A stretch of 64,000 bases of DNA from Candidatus Falkowbacteria bacterium RIFOXYD12_FULL_34_57 (GTDB taxonomy: Bacteria; Patescibacteriota; Patescibacteriia; Patescibacteriales; UBA12075). Location: the NCBI GenBank assembly GCA_001780285.1, contig MFGN01000017.1:37687-101686 (forward strand), written 5' to 3'. Position 1 is the stretch's first letter. Every line of letters starts with the position of its first letter. The notes below the pieces were generated by a model. That model was not told the DNA's origin. It did not search any database and saw only the letters and a list, made by a program, of their open reading frames with translations. The position numbers and the translations under genes are program-made. Below are positions 47,311 through 56,138 of the stretch, in pieces.

Positions 47311-47362
47311 TAAAGGTCTATAAAGTTGAAAATCCATAAAGTCTGGACTTTTTACTTTCAAC
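47311..47362. repeat. AT-rich ATAAAGT/ACTTT motif block
   Basis: taaaggtctataaagttgaaaatccataaagtctggactttttactttcaac shares AAAGTCTGGA and ATAAAGTTGAAA boxes with 32261 and 41394 copies. Confidence 0.5.
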
Positions 47363-47886
47363 TAATATATATTATAACATATTTTAACAAAATAAAAAAG
47401 CTTTTCAATTATCTTTTTCTTGGATGTAAAACCATATCACAAATCAAAGCAAAAAATTCTTTTAAGATGCTTTTTCCATCCACCTTAAAAACTTCTGTGA
47501 GGAATACTCCTATAACCAAACATCCGAAAGAATAAACTGGGGAAAATCAATTATAACATAAAGAATAGTAAAAATAATTCCCAAAAGAACAAGTCCCAAG
47601 CTCACGGCTTGTTTTTGTAGGTTTTCACCCACCACCAACTAATTTACAACCCAATCTTATTTCTATCTCGCCATCCATTTCCCTATAATCTTCTTTTCTT
47701 ACTTATATCTTTCTCCCGCCAGTCTAGAGAGTGGCTCTAAGGTTTACGGTGTTTCCGACTTCATCAATTTTTTCTCCTGTAAACTCAAGCCATTCTTCTT
47801 CCATTTTCTTCCTCTCATCAATAAAATTATTAAAGTTCAATGTTAATTTACAAGAACAATAACATCTTTTTGTTACTATGTCAAGC

Positions 47887-47915
47887 TTGACAATAATATT
47901 TTCCTCTGCTATGAT
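47887..47915 (+). promoter_or_regulatory. Near-consensus sigma70 promoter (extended -10) for rpmA
   Basis: TTGACA (47887-47892), 17-nt spacer, TGcTATGAT (47907-47915); about 107-nt leader to rpmA ATG. Confidence 0.55.
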
Positions 47916-48028
47916 ATTAAAAGTTACTTTATATGGGGTTTTGTGCTCTATATACTTTTTTTATTAAATTAATATTAACTTAAAACAAAACAATATTTTG
48001 ATTTTGTATTTTGAGTTATCCATAGCAT

Positions 48029-48316
48029 ATGTCACATAAAAAAGCAGGTGGATCAAGTTCCAATGGAAGAGATTCGAAAAGCAAAAGACTGGGGGTTAAA
48101 TTATCTGACGGTCAATATGCCAAAACTGGCGCAATCATTATCCGTCAAAGAGGAACAAAATATCATCCAGGACTCAATGTTGAAAAAGGTAGAGATGATA
48201 CTCTTTTTGCAACCATGAACGGAATTGTAAAATTTACTACTAAAAAAATTAAAAAATTTAACAACCAACTAAAATCTACTAAATTTATAAACATAGTAGC
48301 GCCGGAACAAAAATAA
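48029..48316 (+). CDS. rpmA: 50S ribosomal protein L27
   Basis: [16 protein letters not shown]... canonical L27 N-terminus; 95 aa. Confidence 0.95.
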   Translation: MSHKKAGGSSSNGRDSKSKRLGVKLSDGQYAKTGAIIIRQRGTKYHPGLNVEKGRDDTLFATMNGIVKFTTKKIKKFNNQLKSTKFINIVAPEQK

Positions 48317-48339
48317 AAAAACTTTTAAAATAAAAAAAA

Positions 48340-48372
48340 TATAGCTATGTACACACATAGCTATATTTTTTT
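48340..48372 (+). terminator. Rho-independent terminator of rpmA
   Basis: 11-bp perfect stem tatagctatgt / acatagctata, loop ACAC, then TTTTTTT. Confidence 0.7.
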
Positions 48373-48376
48373 ATAT

Positions 48377-48460
48377 GTCATTTTGAGCGATAGCGAAAAA
48401 TCTCGTTTTAATTTGATATTCACGGGATTCTTCACTGCGCTGCGCTTCATTCAAAATGAT
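48377..48460. repeat. Imperfect-palindrome hairpin repeat, copy 1 (GTCATTTTGAGCGATAGCGAAAAATCTCG ... CGGGATTCTTCACT...TTCAAAATGAT)
   Basis: Left arm 48377-48405 pairs with right arm 48423-48460; about 79% identical to copy at 55580-55652 with pairing-preserving substitutions. Confidence 0.7.
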
Positions 48461-48516
48461 AAAATATTTTTATATTACTTTTGAATTTTAATTTTAAACC
48501 ATTCTACTTTCTCAAT

Positions 48517-50136
48517 CTAATACAAGCTTTTAATAAAATCATAAAATAAGGGGTGTGGCTTTAGGGGCTGTGATTTAAATTCCGGATGAAATTGTACGCC
48601 AACCATCCATGGATGATTTTCCACCTCCACTATCTCCACCAGATTTCTCTGTATATTAATTCCGGCAATCCTAAGTCCATTATTTTTTAAATCTTCTTTA
48701 TACTCATTATTAAACTCATATCTATGTCTATGGCGCTCAGAAATGTTTTTTTTGCCATAAGCCCTAAAACTAAGTGAATCTTCAGAAAGGCGAGCCAGAC
48801 AAGCCCCCAAGCGCATAGTACCGCCATAATTCTTGGTTCTTATTTTATCCTTTTGATCTTCCATGGTGCAAATTACTGGATTTGTAGTCTTGGGATTCAA
48901 CTCTATAGAATTAGCGTCTGTGAGCCCCAAAACATTGCGCGCAAATTCAATGGTAAGTATCTGCATCCCCAAACAAAGGCCAAAATATGGAATTTTATTT
49001 TTGCGCGCATATTCCGCCACCATAATCATGCCCTCGGTGCCACGCTTGCCAAATCCCCCAGGCACAATAATACCGTTTAATTTTTTTAATTCTTTTAGCT
49101 CTTTTGGGTCTTTTTCGTATTTTTCAGAATCAAGCCAGATAATATTGGGTCTTTTGTTATGCGCCCAGGAAGCATGATTAATAGATTCAATTACAGAAAT
49201 ATAGGTATCACGGCATGATTTAAAATTAAAATATTTTCCGACTATCCCAATATTAATTTCCTTCTTGATGTTTTTAATCTTTTTGGAAAATTTCTCCCAA
49301 TCCTTCATGCCGGATTTTTTAGATTTTAATCCCATGGCTTTTAAAATCGTAGCGCCAAAATTTTCTTTTTCAAAATTAACCGGAATATCATAAATAGAAT
49401 AAACATCAGGCGCGGAAATAATGCGCTCTTTATCTAAACTACATACCGTACTAATGGTATTTTTGATTGAATCGGCCACTTTGTCGCGGGCCCGGCACAA
49501 AATAATATCTGGAATAATACCAGCGGAATTTAGTATGCGGATTGCAGTCTGGGTCGGCTTAGATTTTTGTTCTCCCAGGAGGCTTGGTGTCGGCAAATAA
49601 CTTACCATCACAAAATAAACATCCTGTGGATTTTGCGCCTTCATCATGCGCGCCGCTTCCAAAAATAAAACCAACTGATATTCTCCAACTGTTCCACCAA
49701 ATTCAGTAACTATAATGTCTGCATTATTTTTCTGTTGGCACTCTTTGATACGCCTAATAATTTCGTTTGGAATATCAGGTACCACTTCCACATCTTCTCC
49801 CCCATATTCCAAATTCCTCTCTCTTCTTATTACCTCTTGATACACTTGTCCGGTGGTAATATAATTCTCCCGAGTAGAGATCTGCCCCGTGAAACGCTCA
49901 TAATTTCCCAGATCCTGGTCGGCTTCCACACCATCCTCGCCAACAAATACTTCTCCGTGTTCCGCCGGTCGAATAGTACCGGCATCAATATTGACATACA
50001 TATCACACTTAATATTTTCTACTCGGTATCCCTTGGATTGTAGTATCTTGCCGATTGAAGCGGCAGCTACGCCTTTACCGACAGAAGACATAACACCGCC
50101 CACCACGAATATGTATTTAGGGTTTATTTTTTTCAT
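48517..50136 (-). CDS. pyrG: CTP synthase
   Basis: N-terminal synthetase domain (VVGGVMSSVGKGV) and C-terminal glutamine amidotransferase (GLCLGMQ, HRHRYE); 539 aa. Confidence 0.95.
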   Translation of the reverse strand: MKKINPKYIFVVGGVMSSVGKGVAAASIGKILQSKGYRVENIKCDMYVNIDAGTIRPAEHGEVFVGEDGVEADQDLGNYERFTGQISTRENYITTGQVYQEVIRRERNLEYGGEDVEVVPDIPNEIIRRIKECQQKNNADIIVTEFGGTVGEYQLVLFLEAARMMKAQNPQDVYFVMVSYLPTPSLLGEQKSKPTQTAIRILNSAGIIPDIILCRARDKVADSIKNTISTVCSLDKERIISAPDVYSIYDIPVNFEKENFGATILKAMGLKSKKSGMKDWEKFSKKIKNIKKEINIGIVGKYFNFKSCRDTYISVIESINHASWAHNKRPNIIWLDSEKYEKDPKELKELKKLNGIIVPGGFGKRGTEGMIMVAEYARKNKIPYFGLCLGMQILTIEFARNVLGLTDANSIELNPKTTNPVICTMEDQKDKIRTKNYGGTMRLGACLARLSEDSLSFRAYGKKNISERHRHRYEFNNEYKEDLKNNGLRIAGINIQRNLVEIVEVENHPWMVGVQFHPEFKSQPLKPHPLFYDFIKSLY

Positions 50137-50243
50137 AAGAATAATATTGTTTCATTGTTGCATTGTTTCATTGTTATAACTAGGACCTGTCACCTGATTA
50201 ATAACTTTACGAACTTTTACCCGTCAAGCGAGCACAGGCAACT

Positions 50244-50687
50244 TTATGAACTTTTTACTATATTAATTATTATTTCAGCGCTTTTTCCTTTAGAATTTAA
50301 TTTAATATTATACTCCCCTATTTTTTTCAATTTTTTTCGAAGCTCTATCTCTTTGGGGGTTAATTTAAAACCTTCTTTTTGTAATTCTTTTACAATTCCA
50401 TTTTGATCTATGCCGGCATACAAAGTACCATTGATATCAGCCCCAACTAAAATATTAAATCTTCTTTTATGTATTTTTTTCATGGTTTTAGCGGCAATAT
50501 TTATTTCTTTCATTTCTTTTTCTTTCTGCAGTTTTTTCTTATTTCTGGCATTGCTTACGCTTTCCTCTGTGGCGTACTGAGCCAGCCCCCTGGGAATTAA
50601 AAAATTGCGCGCATACCCATCGCTTACTTCTTTTACATCCCCCTCCTTGCCGATTTTATTTATTGTTTTGAGTAATATAATTTTCAT
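50244..50687 (-). CDS. rplI: 50S ribosomal protein L9
   Basis: MKIILLKTINKIGKEGDVKEVSDGYARNFLIPRGLA is the canonical L9 N-terminus; start moved to that ATG because the track ORF has a spurious 55-codon N-terminal extension. Confidence 0.85.
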   Translation of the reverse strand: MKIILLKTINKIGKEGDVKEVSDGYARNFLIPRGLAQYATEESVSNARNKKKLQKEKEMKEINIAAKTMKKIHKRRFNILVGADINGTLYAGIDQNGIVKELQKEGFKLTPKEIELRKKLKKIGEYNIKLNSKGKSAEIIINIVKSS

Positions 50688-50757
50688 AAACCACATAATA
50701 CCAATATACGAATCTTGTCCTAATCCGCAAATTGCTAATAAAATATATAATTCTCTC

Positions 50758-53184
50758 CTATCTATCTTCCCACCACCTTGTGGGCAGATTACCACATGGC
50801 AAGGTAACCACCGGAGAAATAAAGGAGTGCAATAACATATCCTGATCGGCAAGTGGAAAACCTTTATAGTCGGGACAATTACCGGCTGCGCAATAAGCTA
50901 CCACTTCATATGTATATGTTAAAACAGCTGACATAATATCGTTATCCGTATAAGTTTCCGGTCCTCCGGGATTTAGATCGTTTACCTGATCAATATGTTC
51001 TTGTATTCCGGAAAAACCGCCGTAAGGGTCATTGGAAATAGTACGATATATATTGTAATAATCTACTTCCGAATCAAGACCATCTACATCCCATGTAAAA
51101 GTAACATAATCACAATTATAATTAGTAATTGGAGCAATCTCTGGGTTGCAGAAATATGTTCTTCTAACCTCTATATTAGACCAAGCGGATGGAATCACAA
51201 ATCCATTAAACGCTCTGACTTGGTATCTATAAGAGTCAATACTTGGGGGCATCAACACTGTCCAGGTGCCAAGTCCCGGAAAAGTCAAGTTACCGCTTGC
51301 AAAGCTAGATGCCGGACTGTTTGGGTCAACCTCCCAGATGGTAGTATCCGGATCTCTTTGTATTTCATATCCGGTTTCATTACTGGATTTATCTTCCCAC
51401 TGCAAATTAACAAGCCACCCTAGAGCATCGCTACAAACCGTAGTAATAGCATTAAGATTTAAGGGGGTGCAAAGAAAGGTCCAATCCTGAGCAATAGCTG
51501 ACCAAGAAGACGGCGAAACTGCTCCAATGGAATTTACAGCTCGAATATCCACATTCCAATTTACTCCGTCAAGTGCATCATTTATCATTAAAGTCTCTAT
51601 ATCCACCTCTATGCCATCAGCTGGAAATATTTCTATACGAGTTCCCCCTGTTGGATTAGTATCTGTAAAACGCACTTCATACCAATCCTCATTTACAGAA
51701 TTATCGTTCCATGTAGCCGTCATATCGTTACAAAGCGGACCATCCGCGGCCGTAATGCCAGTGGGAGTACAAAGCTGGGTATTTACGGGTAACCAAACTG
51801 ATTGTCCTGATTCTCCCACAACAGCGTTATACGCAACAATATACACATTCCAACGAACACCGTCTGGAATACCACTGGTATTAACATTATTTATATTGTT
51901 AACAGCATCATAAAAACCCCCATCATCTCCATTAATCCCTGGATCAAGATCAATAAAATAAACTCTAAACACATCTTCGTTATTATAGATAGAAGGATCT
52001 GTACCTTGGGTTATAATACGATTACAACTAGGAGAAGAAACATTGTTTATACCCGGAACACAAAGAACTGTTGTCACTGGTACACTTCCAGAGGCTGGTG
52101 AAGACGCAGCTCCTTTACGCGTAACAACAGACACTGACCAATTTACTCCATCGGGTACAGAATTACTGACATACACCAATCCGCCCCCACTAACATTTGG
52201 AGCAGTACCTGCAACATTTACAGTAAAATCATCATTTCCATTAGCCACATTATTAAGATCATCAAAAATAATATCATACCCGGATTCATTAACAGAGTTA
52301 TCGGTCCAATTCACGGTTATATTATTACAACCACCGGAGCTTACAACCCCTATTGTTGGGGCGCAAAGAGGGGTGGCTGTGTTTCCAATAGAGGGAATCC
52401 ATCCAGATGCCAAACCATCCTTGTTTACTGATCGCACACTAGCTGTATAAGTTGCCCCATCCATCACAAAAGCATCCGAAATAGACAAACTTGCGGTATT
52501 TGCTGCACTGGTATAAATACCACTATTACCAGCCGGATTTGCTCTGGTTAACTGTATTTCAAAATGATCTTCAATTGGATTTGGCGAAGTGGAATTATCT
52601 GTCCAGGAAACAGTTACTTGTCTGCAATTATTAGTCACAATATTTACATTGCTCGGAGCAGCTGGCGCGCACATTACTGCTGTTGTAAAATTACCGGAAG
52701 CAACAGGGTTGTCACCAAGAGCATCAAATGCTGAAAAACTATAAGCAATAACGGTGTTGGTGGGCACATGCCAGGCATATGGGGCGGTAAAATTTCCCGC
52801 GGAAGCATTGCTAACAAAATTACCGGCGAGTGTTACAGTACCCGACACAAAAGATTTATTATAACAATCACTACAAGTACCAGCTGGCGGCACATTGGTA
52901 TCACACCATGAATTACAATTAGTATTTTCATTGGTGGTGTATGCTGTACTCCAGTTAACACCAGGTGTTGCGTAATCCGCATTATAACACCCCGGTTGAG
53001 GATTGGGGTCTATACATATCGTAATACCCGCCCCAGGATTACCCACATAAGCCGCCACATGATTAATTGGTGGATAAATTAAAACAAAAAACAAAAAACA
53101 AACAAAAAAAACACTAAAAACAACATAAACTTTAGTGTAAATTTTTAATCCCTTTGATTTATTTTTTTTCTTTTTCCAAAACAT
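50758..53184 (-). CDS. Large secreted surface protein with multiple fibronectin type III-like repeats
   Basis: Signal anchor; repeated ...C.P...V.W.DNS.NE.GY.I... modules (VNWTDNSVNESGYDI; ATWNDNSVNEDWYEV; LQWEDKSSNETGYEI), Cys pair per module, Thr/Asn/Gly-rich. Confidence 0.6.
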   Translation of the reverse strand: MFWKKKKNKSKGLKIYTKVYVVFSVFFVCFLFFVLIYPPINHVAAYVGNPGAGITICIDPNPQPGCYNADYATPGVNWSTAYTTNENTNCNSWCDTNVPPAGTCSDCYNKSFVSGTVTLAGNFVSNASAGNFTAPYAWHVPTNTVIAYSFSAFDALGDNPVASGNFTTAVMCAPAAPSNVNIVTNNCRQVTVSWTDNSTSPNPIEDHFEIQLTRANPAGNSGIYTSAANTASLSISDAFVMDGATYTASVRSVNKDGLASGWIPSIGNTATPLCAPTIGVVSSGGCNNITVNWTDNSVNESGYDIIFDDLNNVANGNDDFTVNVAGTAPNVSGGGLVYVSNSVPDGVNWSVSVVTRKGAASSPASGSVPVTTVLCVPGINNVSSPSCNRIITQGTDPSIYNNEDVFRVYFIDLDPGINGDDGGFYDAVNNINNVNTSGIPDGVRWNVYIVAYNAVVGESGQSVWLPVNTQLCTPTGITAADGPLCNDMTATWNDNSVNEDWYEVRFTDTNPTGGTRIEIFPADGIEVDIETLMINDALDGVNWNVDIRAVNSIGAVSPSSWSAIAQDWTFLCTPLNLNAITTVCSDALGWLVNLQWEDKSSNETGYEIQRDPDTTIWEVDPNSPASSFASGNLTFPGLGTWTVLMPPSIDSYRYQVRAFNGFVIPSAWSNIEVRRTYFCNPEIAPITNYNCDYVTFTWDVDGLDSEVDYYNIYRTISNDPYGGFSGIQEHIDQVNDLNPGGPETYTDNDIMSAVLTYTYEVVAYCAAGNCPDYKGFPLADQDMLLHSFISPVVTLPCGNLPTRWWEDR

Positions 53185-53278
53185 AGAAATTAGTTAAGGA
53201 TTTATAAAATTAAAATAAAAAATATTATCACTTTTTACTTTATAAACTTTAAACTTTTTATATTATACCACATTTTTT

Positions 53279-54466
53279 TTATCTAACAAAATCAAGCACA
53301 ATATTAATAAAAGATTGTTTAAATAGAATAATAGAAATAACTCCGGCAAAAATCCATGGGGCAAGAGGAAATTTTTTATAAATCTCAATAGTTTTCATGC
53401 CGCGCGTCTTAGCCCAACAAATTATAGCACCAACCTGATTTTTACTTATACCACCGGAAATTATGCGGCCATAATCTTTTACAAACTTTTGATCATCGTT
53501 AAGCTGTTTCGTGTTTACACTGTTAATCATCATCCCTGGAAGCAAATTATCAACCTCAATCCTAAAAACCCCGGTTTCGCGCACATAATAATTAAGGAAC
53601 TTTGCAGATAATGACATGACAAGCAAAAAAACAACCATCATTTTAATGGTTATGATTAAGTTATTTAAAGCTGTTCCAAAATTAATAAATAATCCTACTG
53701 CAGTTATAAATAAATTTAATGATACCGCGAGTATTAATAAAAAATTATTATTTTTAAATAATGCTTTTGTAATTTTTCTGGAAAACATAATCATTAAAAC
53801 AAGAAATAAATATTGATATTTGCCAATATCAAGCCCTAAATAACTGTTTATCCAATGCTTAATCCAAAAAAATAACAAAAAAATCGATAACATGCCAATT
53901 GTTTGCACAACCTGTTTCTTAATAGAAAACGATCTTCTCTTTTGTGATTGAAGAAATACTGCGCGTCTATCATTTTTAAATTTTAAAAAAAAACAAAATA
54001 GGGATCTGCATAAAATGAAAACCAAAATTATTACAAAAATATTAACAAGTAATGCAAAAGATGGGAACAGTGGTAAATATGACTTCCAATAATATTTTGT
54101 CGGTAAAAGAAAAGAGAAAACAAAAAACAACTTCACATCTCCTGCCGCCACCACCCCCTCTCTCCATAATAAAAACCCAAAAAGAAGAGATAATGAACTA
54201 TTAAGTCCCAACTTCCACAAAAACCCCTCCTTAATATTTATCATAGCAACAGGATTCAGGTTAAATATTCTTTCCCAAACAAAAGATATTGGCAGTGTTA
54301 ATTCATTCCAAAAAAATAACATGGTATAAATTATAATCCCGTAAACCAAGCCAAAAATAATCCATTTATTCCTTATTTTTCCAGTGCGAATATCTTCAAT
54401 GGAGGCAACAATACCAATTAAAAAAATAATTGGTAAAATAAAAATATCCAAAAAATTAAATTCCAT
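53279..54466 (-). CDS. A24-family (prepilin/preflagellin peptidase)-like polytopic membrane protein with long C-terminal extension
   Basis: First Asp motif ASIEDIRTGKIRNK after TM1 and second Asp motif AAGDVKLFFVF match aspartic peptidase A24 signatures; additional 200 aa of unknown function. Confidence 0.5.
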   Translation of the reverse strand: MEFNFLDIFILPIIFLIGIVASIEDIRTGKIRNKWIIFGLVYGIIIYTMLFFWNELTLPISFVWERIFNLNPVAMINIKEGFLWKLGLNSSLSLLFGFLLWREGVVAAGDVKLFFVFSFLLPTKYYWKSYLPLFPSFALLVNIFVIILVFILCRSLFCFFLKFKNDRRAVFLQSQKRRSFSIKKQVVQTIGMLSIFLLFFWIKHWINSYLGLDIGKYQYLFLVLMIMFSRKITKALFKNNNFLLILAVSLNLFITAVGLFINFGTALNNLIITIKMMVVFLLVMSLSAKFLNYYVRETGVFRIEVDNLLPGMMINSVNTKQLNDDQKFVKDYGRIISGGISKNQVGAIICWAKTRGMKTIEIYKKFPLAPWIFAGVISIILFKQSFINIVLDFVR

Positions 54467-54573
54467 ATTCCCCTCCTGTCATCCCGGACGGAGCGGAGCA
54501 AAGATCCGGGATCCATACCATGGAGACAGTGTATAAATTTTGTTACTTAAATTCACTTTGTGGATTCCGGATA

Positions 54574-55500
54574 TTACAACTCCAACACACTTCTTATTGG
54601 ATGATGCGGGTCGCCTGTTTTTACTATTTTAATATTTTTCTTTACTGATCCCAGTTCTTTTAAACCAATAAATTTTTTATATGTTTTCTGCACACCCATA
54701 CAATATTTTTGATAATTACAATTATTACAAAAATTTGGATAAAAGACCTCATAATCCGGCAAAGTTATCCAGGTGTGCGGCCAAAATTTTTCATGTAAAG
54801 CGCATAATGGGAAATGATAAAGCCTAAATTCTTTAAATCTAACAACACTGTCATAAGCCTGATCTAGATATGGATGCACCTTGTCAAAATCAATCTTAAT
54901 TTTCTCTAAATTTTCTACGGCCTGCGCTTCTGCTTCCCAAAATATCAAAATAACCCGATCAATATCGGGATAACATTTATAAATTTTTTCTAAAAATTGC
55001 GAAATACTTTTATAAGATAGCTTAGTAATCACAAATCTAACACCCACAATCTGACTATTTTTTTTATTCTTCAATAAATTACCAATTCCCTCAAAAGCTT
55101 GTTTAAACCCCCCCCTTATCCCCACAATCCCATCATGAGAAGCTCTATCGTGTCCGTGCAGAGATACATCAATTTCGGTGTTGGGATTTATGTTTAAAAA
55201 ATCTTTAGCAAAGTCTCCATAACAAAACCTACGACCATTCGTCAAAAGCTTAATTGTTTGTTTCTTAAAATTACTTTCTAAATATTTTATAATTTCTAAA
55301 AAATTTGGATGAATAGTGGGCTCCCCGCCAGTAAGATATATAGAATCCCCCGCCAAAAACCTGTCTTTTTCTTTTTCTAATCGACCAATAAGTGAATTAT
55401 AATCATAATCAAAACTCCCATCCCAGGCAGGCCAGGACGGATAGGGGTTGGTGCACATCACGCACCGATTATTGCATTTATCCCAAATACATAAATCCAT
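54574..55500 (-). CDS. Radical SAM enzyme, twitch/SPASM-like auxiliary Cys motif, paralog A of 4
   Basis: CNNRCVMC (CX3CX2C), GGEP, TNGR, SLHGH...HD...GGF, C-terminal CNNCNYQKYC (CX2CX5C). Confidence 0.75.
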   Translation of the reverse strand: MDLCIWDKCNNRCVMCTNPYPSWPAWDGSFDYDYNSLIGRLEKEKDRFLAGDSIYLTGGEPTIHPNFLEIIKYLESNFKKQTIKLLTNGRRFCYGDFAKDFLNINPNTEIDVSLHGHDRASHDGIVGIRGGFKQAFEGIGNLLKNKKNSQIVGVRFVITKLSYKSISQFLEKIYKCYPDIDRVILIFWEAEAQAVENLEKIKIDFDKVHPYLDQAYDSVVRFKEFRLYHFPLCALHEKFWPHTWITLPDYEVFYPNFCNNCNYQKYCMGVQKTYKKFIGLKELGSVKKNIKIVKTGDPHHPIRSVLEL

Positions 55501-55511
55501 ATATATTCAAC

Positions 55512-55564
55512 ATTTCCAGCCATCCAATATTATTAATTTTGGCTGGTCCGCCTTGGGCGGAAAC
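55512..55564. repeat. GC-rich hairpin motif family member: ATTTCCAGCC-N19-GGCTGGTCCGCC-TTG-GGCGGA
   Basis: 12-66 bp upstream of radical SAM paralog A start; collinear with copy at 27568-27625. Confidence 0.55.
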
Positions 55565-55579
55565 ATCTCAACTTTGATT

Positions 55580-55652
55580 GTCATCCTGAGCGAGGTCGAA
55601 GGATCTCGTTTTTCTTCTGTGGCACGGGATTCTTCACTACGTTCAGAATGAC
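55580..55652. repeat. Imperfect-palindrome hairpin repeat, copy 2 (GTCATCCTGAGCGAGGTCGAAGGATCTCG ... CGGGATTCTTCACTACGTTCAGAATGAC)
   Basis: Left arm 55580-55608, right arm 55625-55652, followed by T-run 55656-55665; between the small secreted protein gene and radical SAM paralog A. Confidence 0.7.
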
Positions 55653-55662
55653 AAGTATTTTT

Positions 55663-56124
55663 TTACTTACACATTGGAGAGGTGGTGAATGGTATATCAC
55701 TTGGAGCCCAGTCACTCCATGTTGCGTACTTATTCTGAACCTTTATTCTCCAATAATATAAAACTTCTGATTGTAGTCCCTCTCTGTCTATCTCGTAAAA
55801 CAAATTCTTGGTGCTCACTTCGCCAGAATTAAATTCAGGAGATAAAAAATCATTATTATCATCAATCTGCAAAACAAAAACATATTCATCTTCAAAAATT
55901 TCCTGATTCGCATTACAACTCCACCTAAATTTTGGAGTTGGAAAACCACTCGAGTAACACTCCACTTGATCAACTAAATCATTGGTGCACACACTTAGAT
56001 CATACCTACTATCTTGATTAATAATTTCTTGTTCCCTTGTTTTTTGATTGGAATAAACGAATAAAAAGACAAGGAAACCGAAAAAAATAATTGTAATTAT
56101 TTTTTTGACATTTTTTTTGTTCAT
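55663..56124 (-). CDS. Small secreted/membrane-anchored Cys-containing protein (153 aa)
   Basis: N-terminal signal-anchor, 5 Cys in the extracytoplasmic part, embedded inside the radical SAM operon. Confidence 0.45.
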   Translation of the reverse strand: MNKKNVKKIITIIFFGFLVFLFVYSNQKTREQEIINQDSRYDLSVCTNDLVDQVECYSSGFPTPKFRWSCNANQEIFEDEYVFVLQIDDNNDFLSPEFNSGEVSTKNLFYEIDREGLQSEVLYYWRIKVQNKYATWSDWAPSDIPFTTSPMCK

Positions 56125-56138
56125 ATTGTATTTTTAAA

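Noticed and set aside
47326-47535. 69-aa plus-strand ORF and the 47100-47309 ORF near the ORF-free region
   Set aside because: No RBS or promoter and no motifs. 47100-47309 is antisense to the 134-aa membrane protein gene
47540-47880. RNase P RNA, tmRNA or SRP RNA in the GC-richer ORF-free stretch
   Set aside because: Could not find GGAAAGUCCGG/GGUGCGGUAAGAGCGCACC-type RNase P boxes, a tRNA-like CCA/T-arm plus tag ORF, or the SRP domain IV motif on either strand. Left as unexplained rather than called
50995-52450. Several 74-142-aa plus-strand ORFs antisense inside the FN3-repeat gene
   Set aside because: Local GC rise from Thr/Gly/Asn repeat codons keeps antisense frames open; no motifs
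55541-55566. SAM riboswitch (SMK-box-like GGCGGAAAC) upstream of the radical SAM gene
   Set aside because: The resemblance is a 9-nt match on the strand antisense to the gene, and SMK boxes are restricted to Lactobacillales; treated as coincidence
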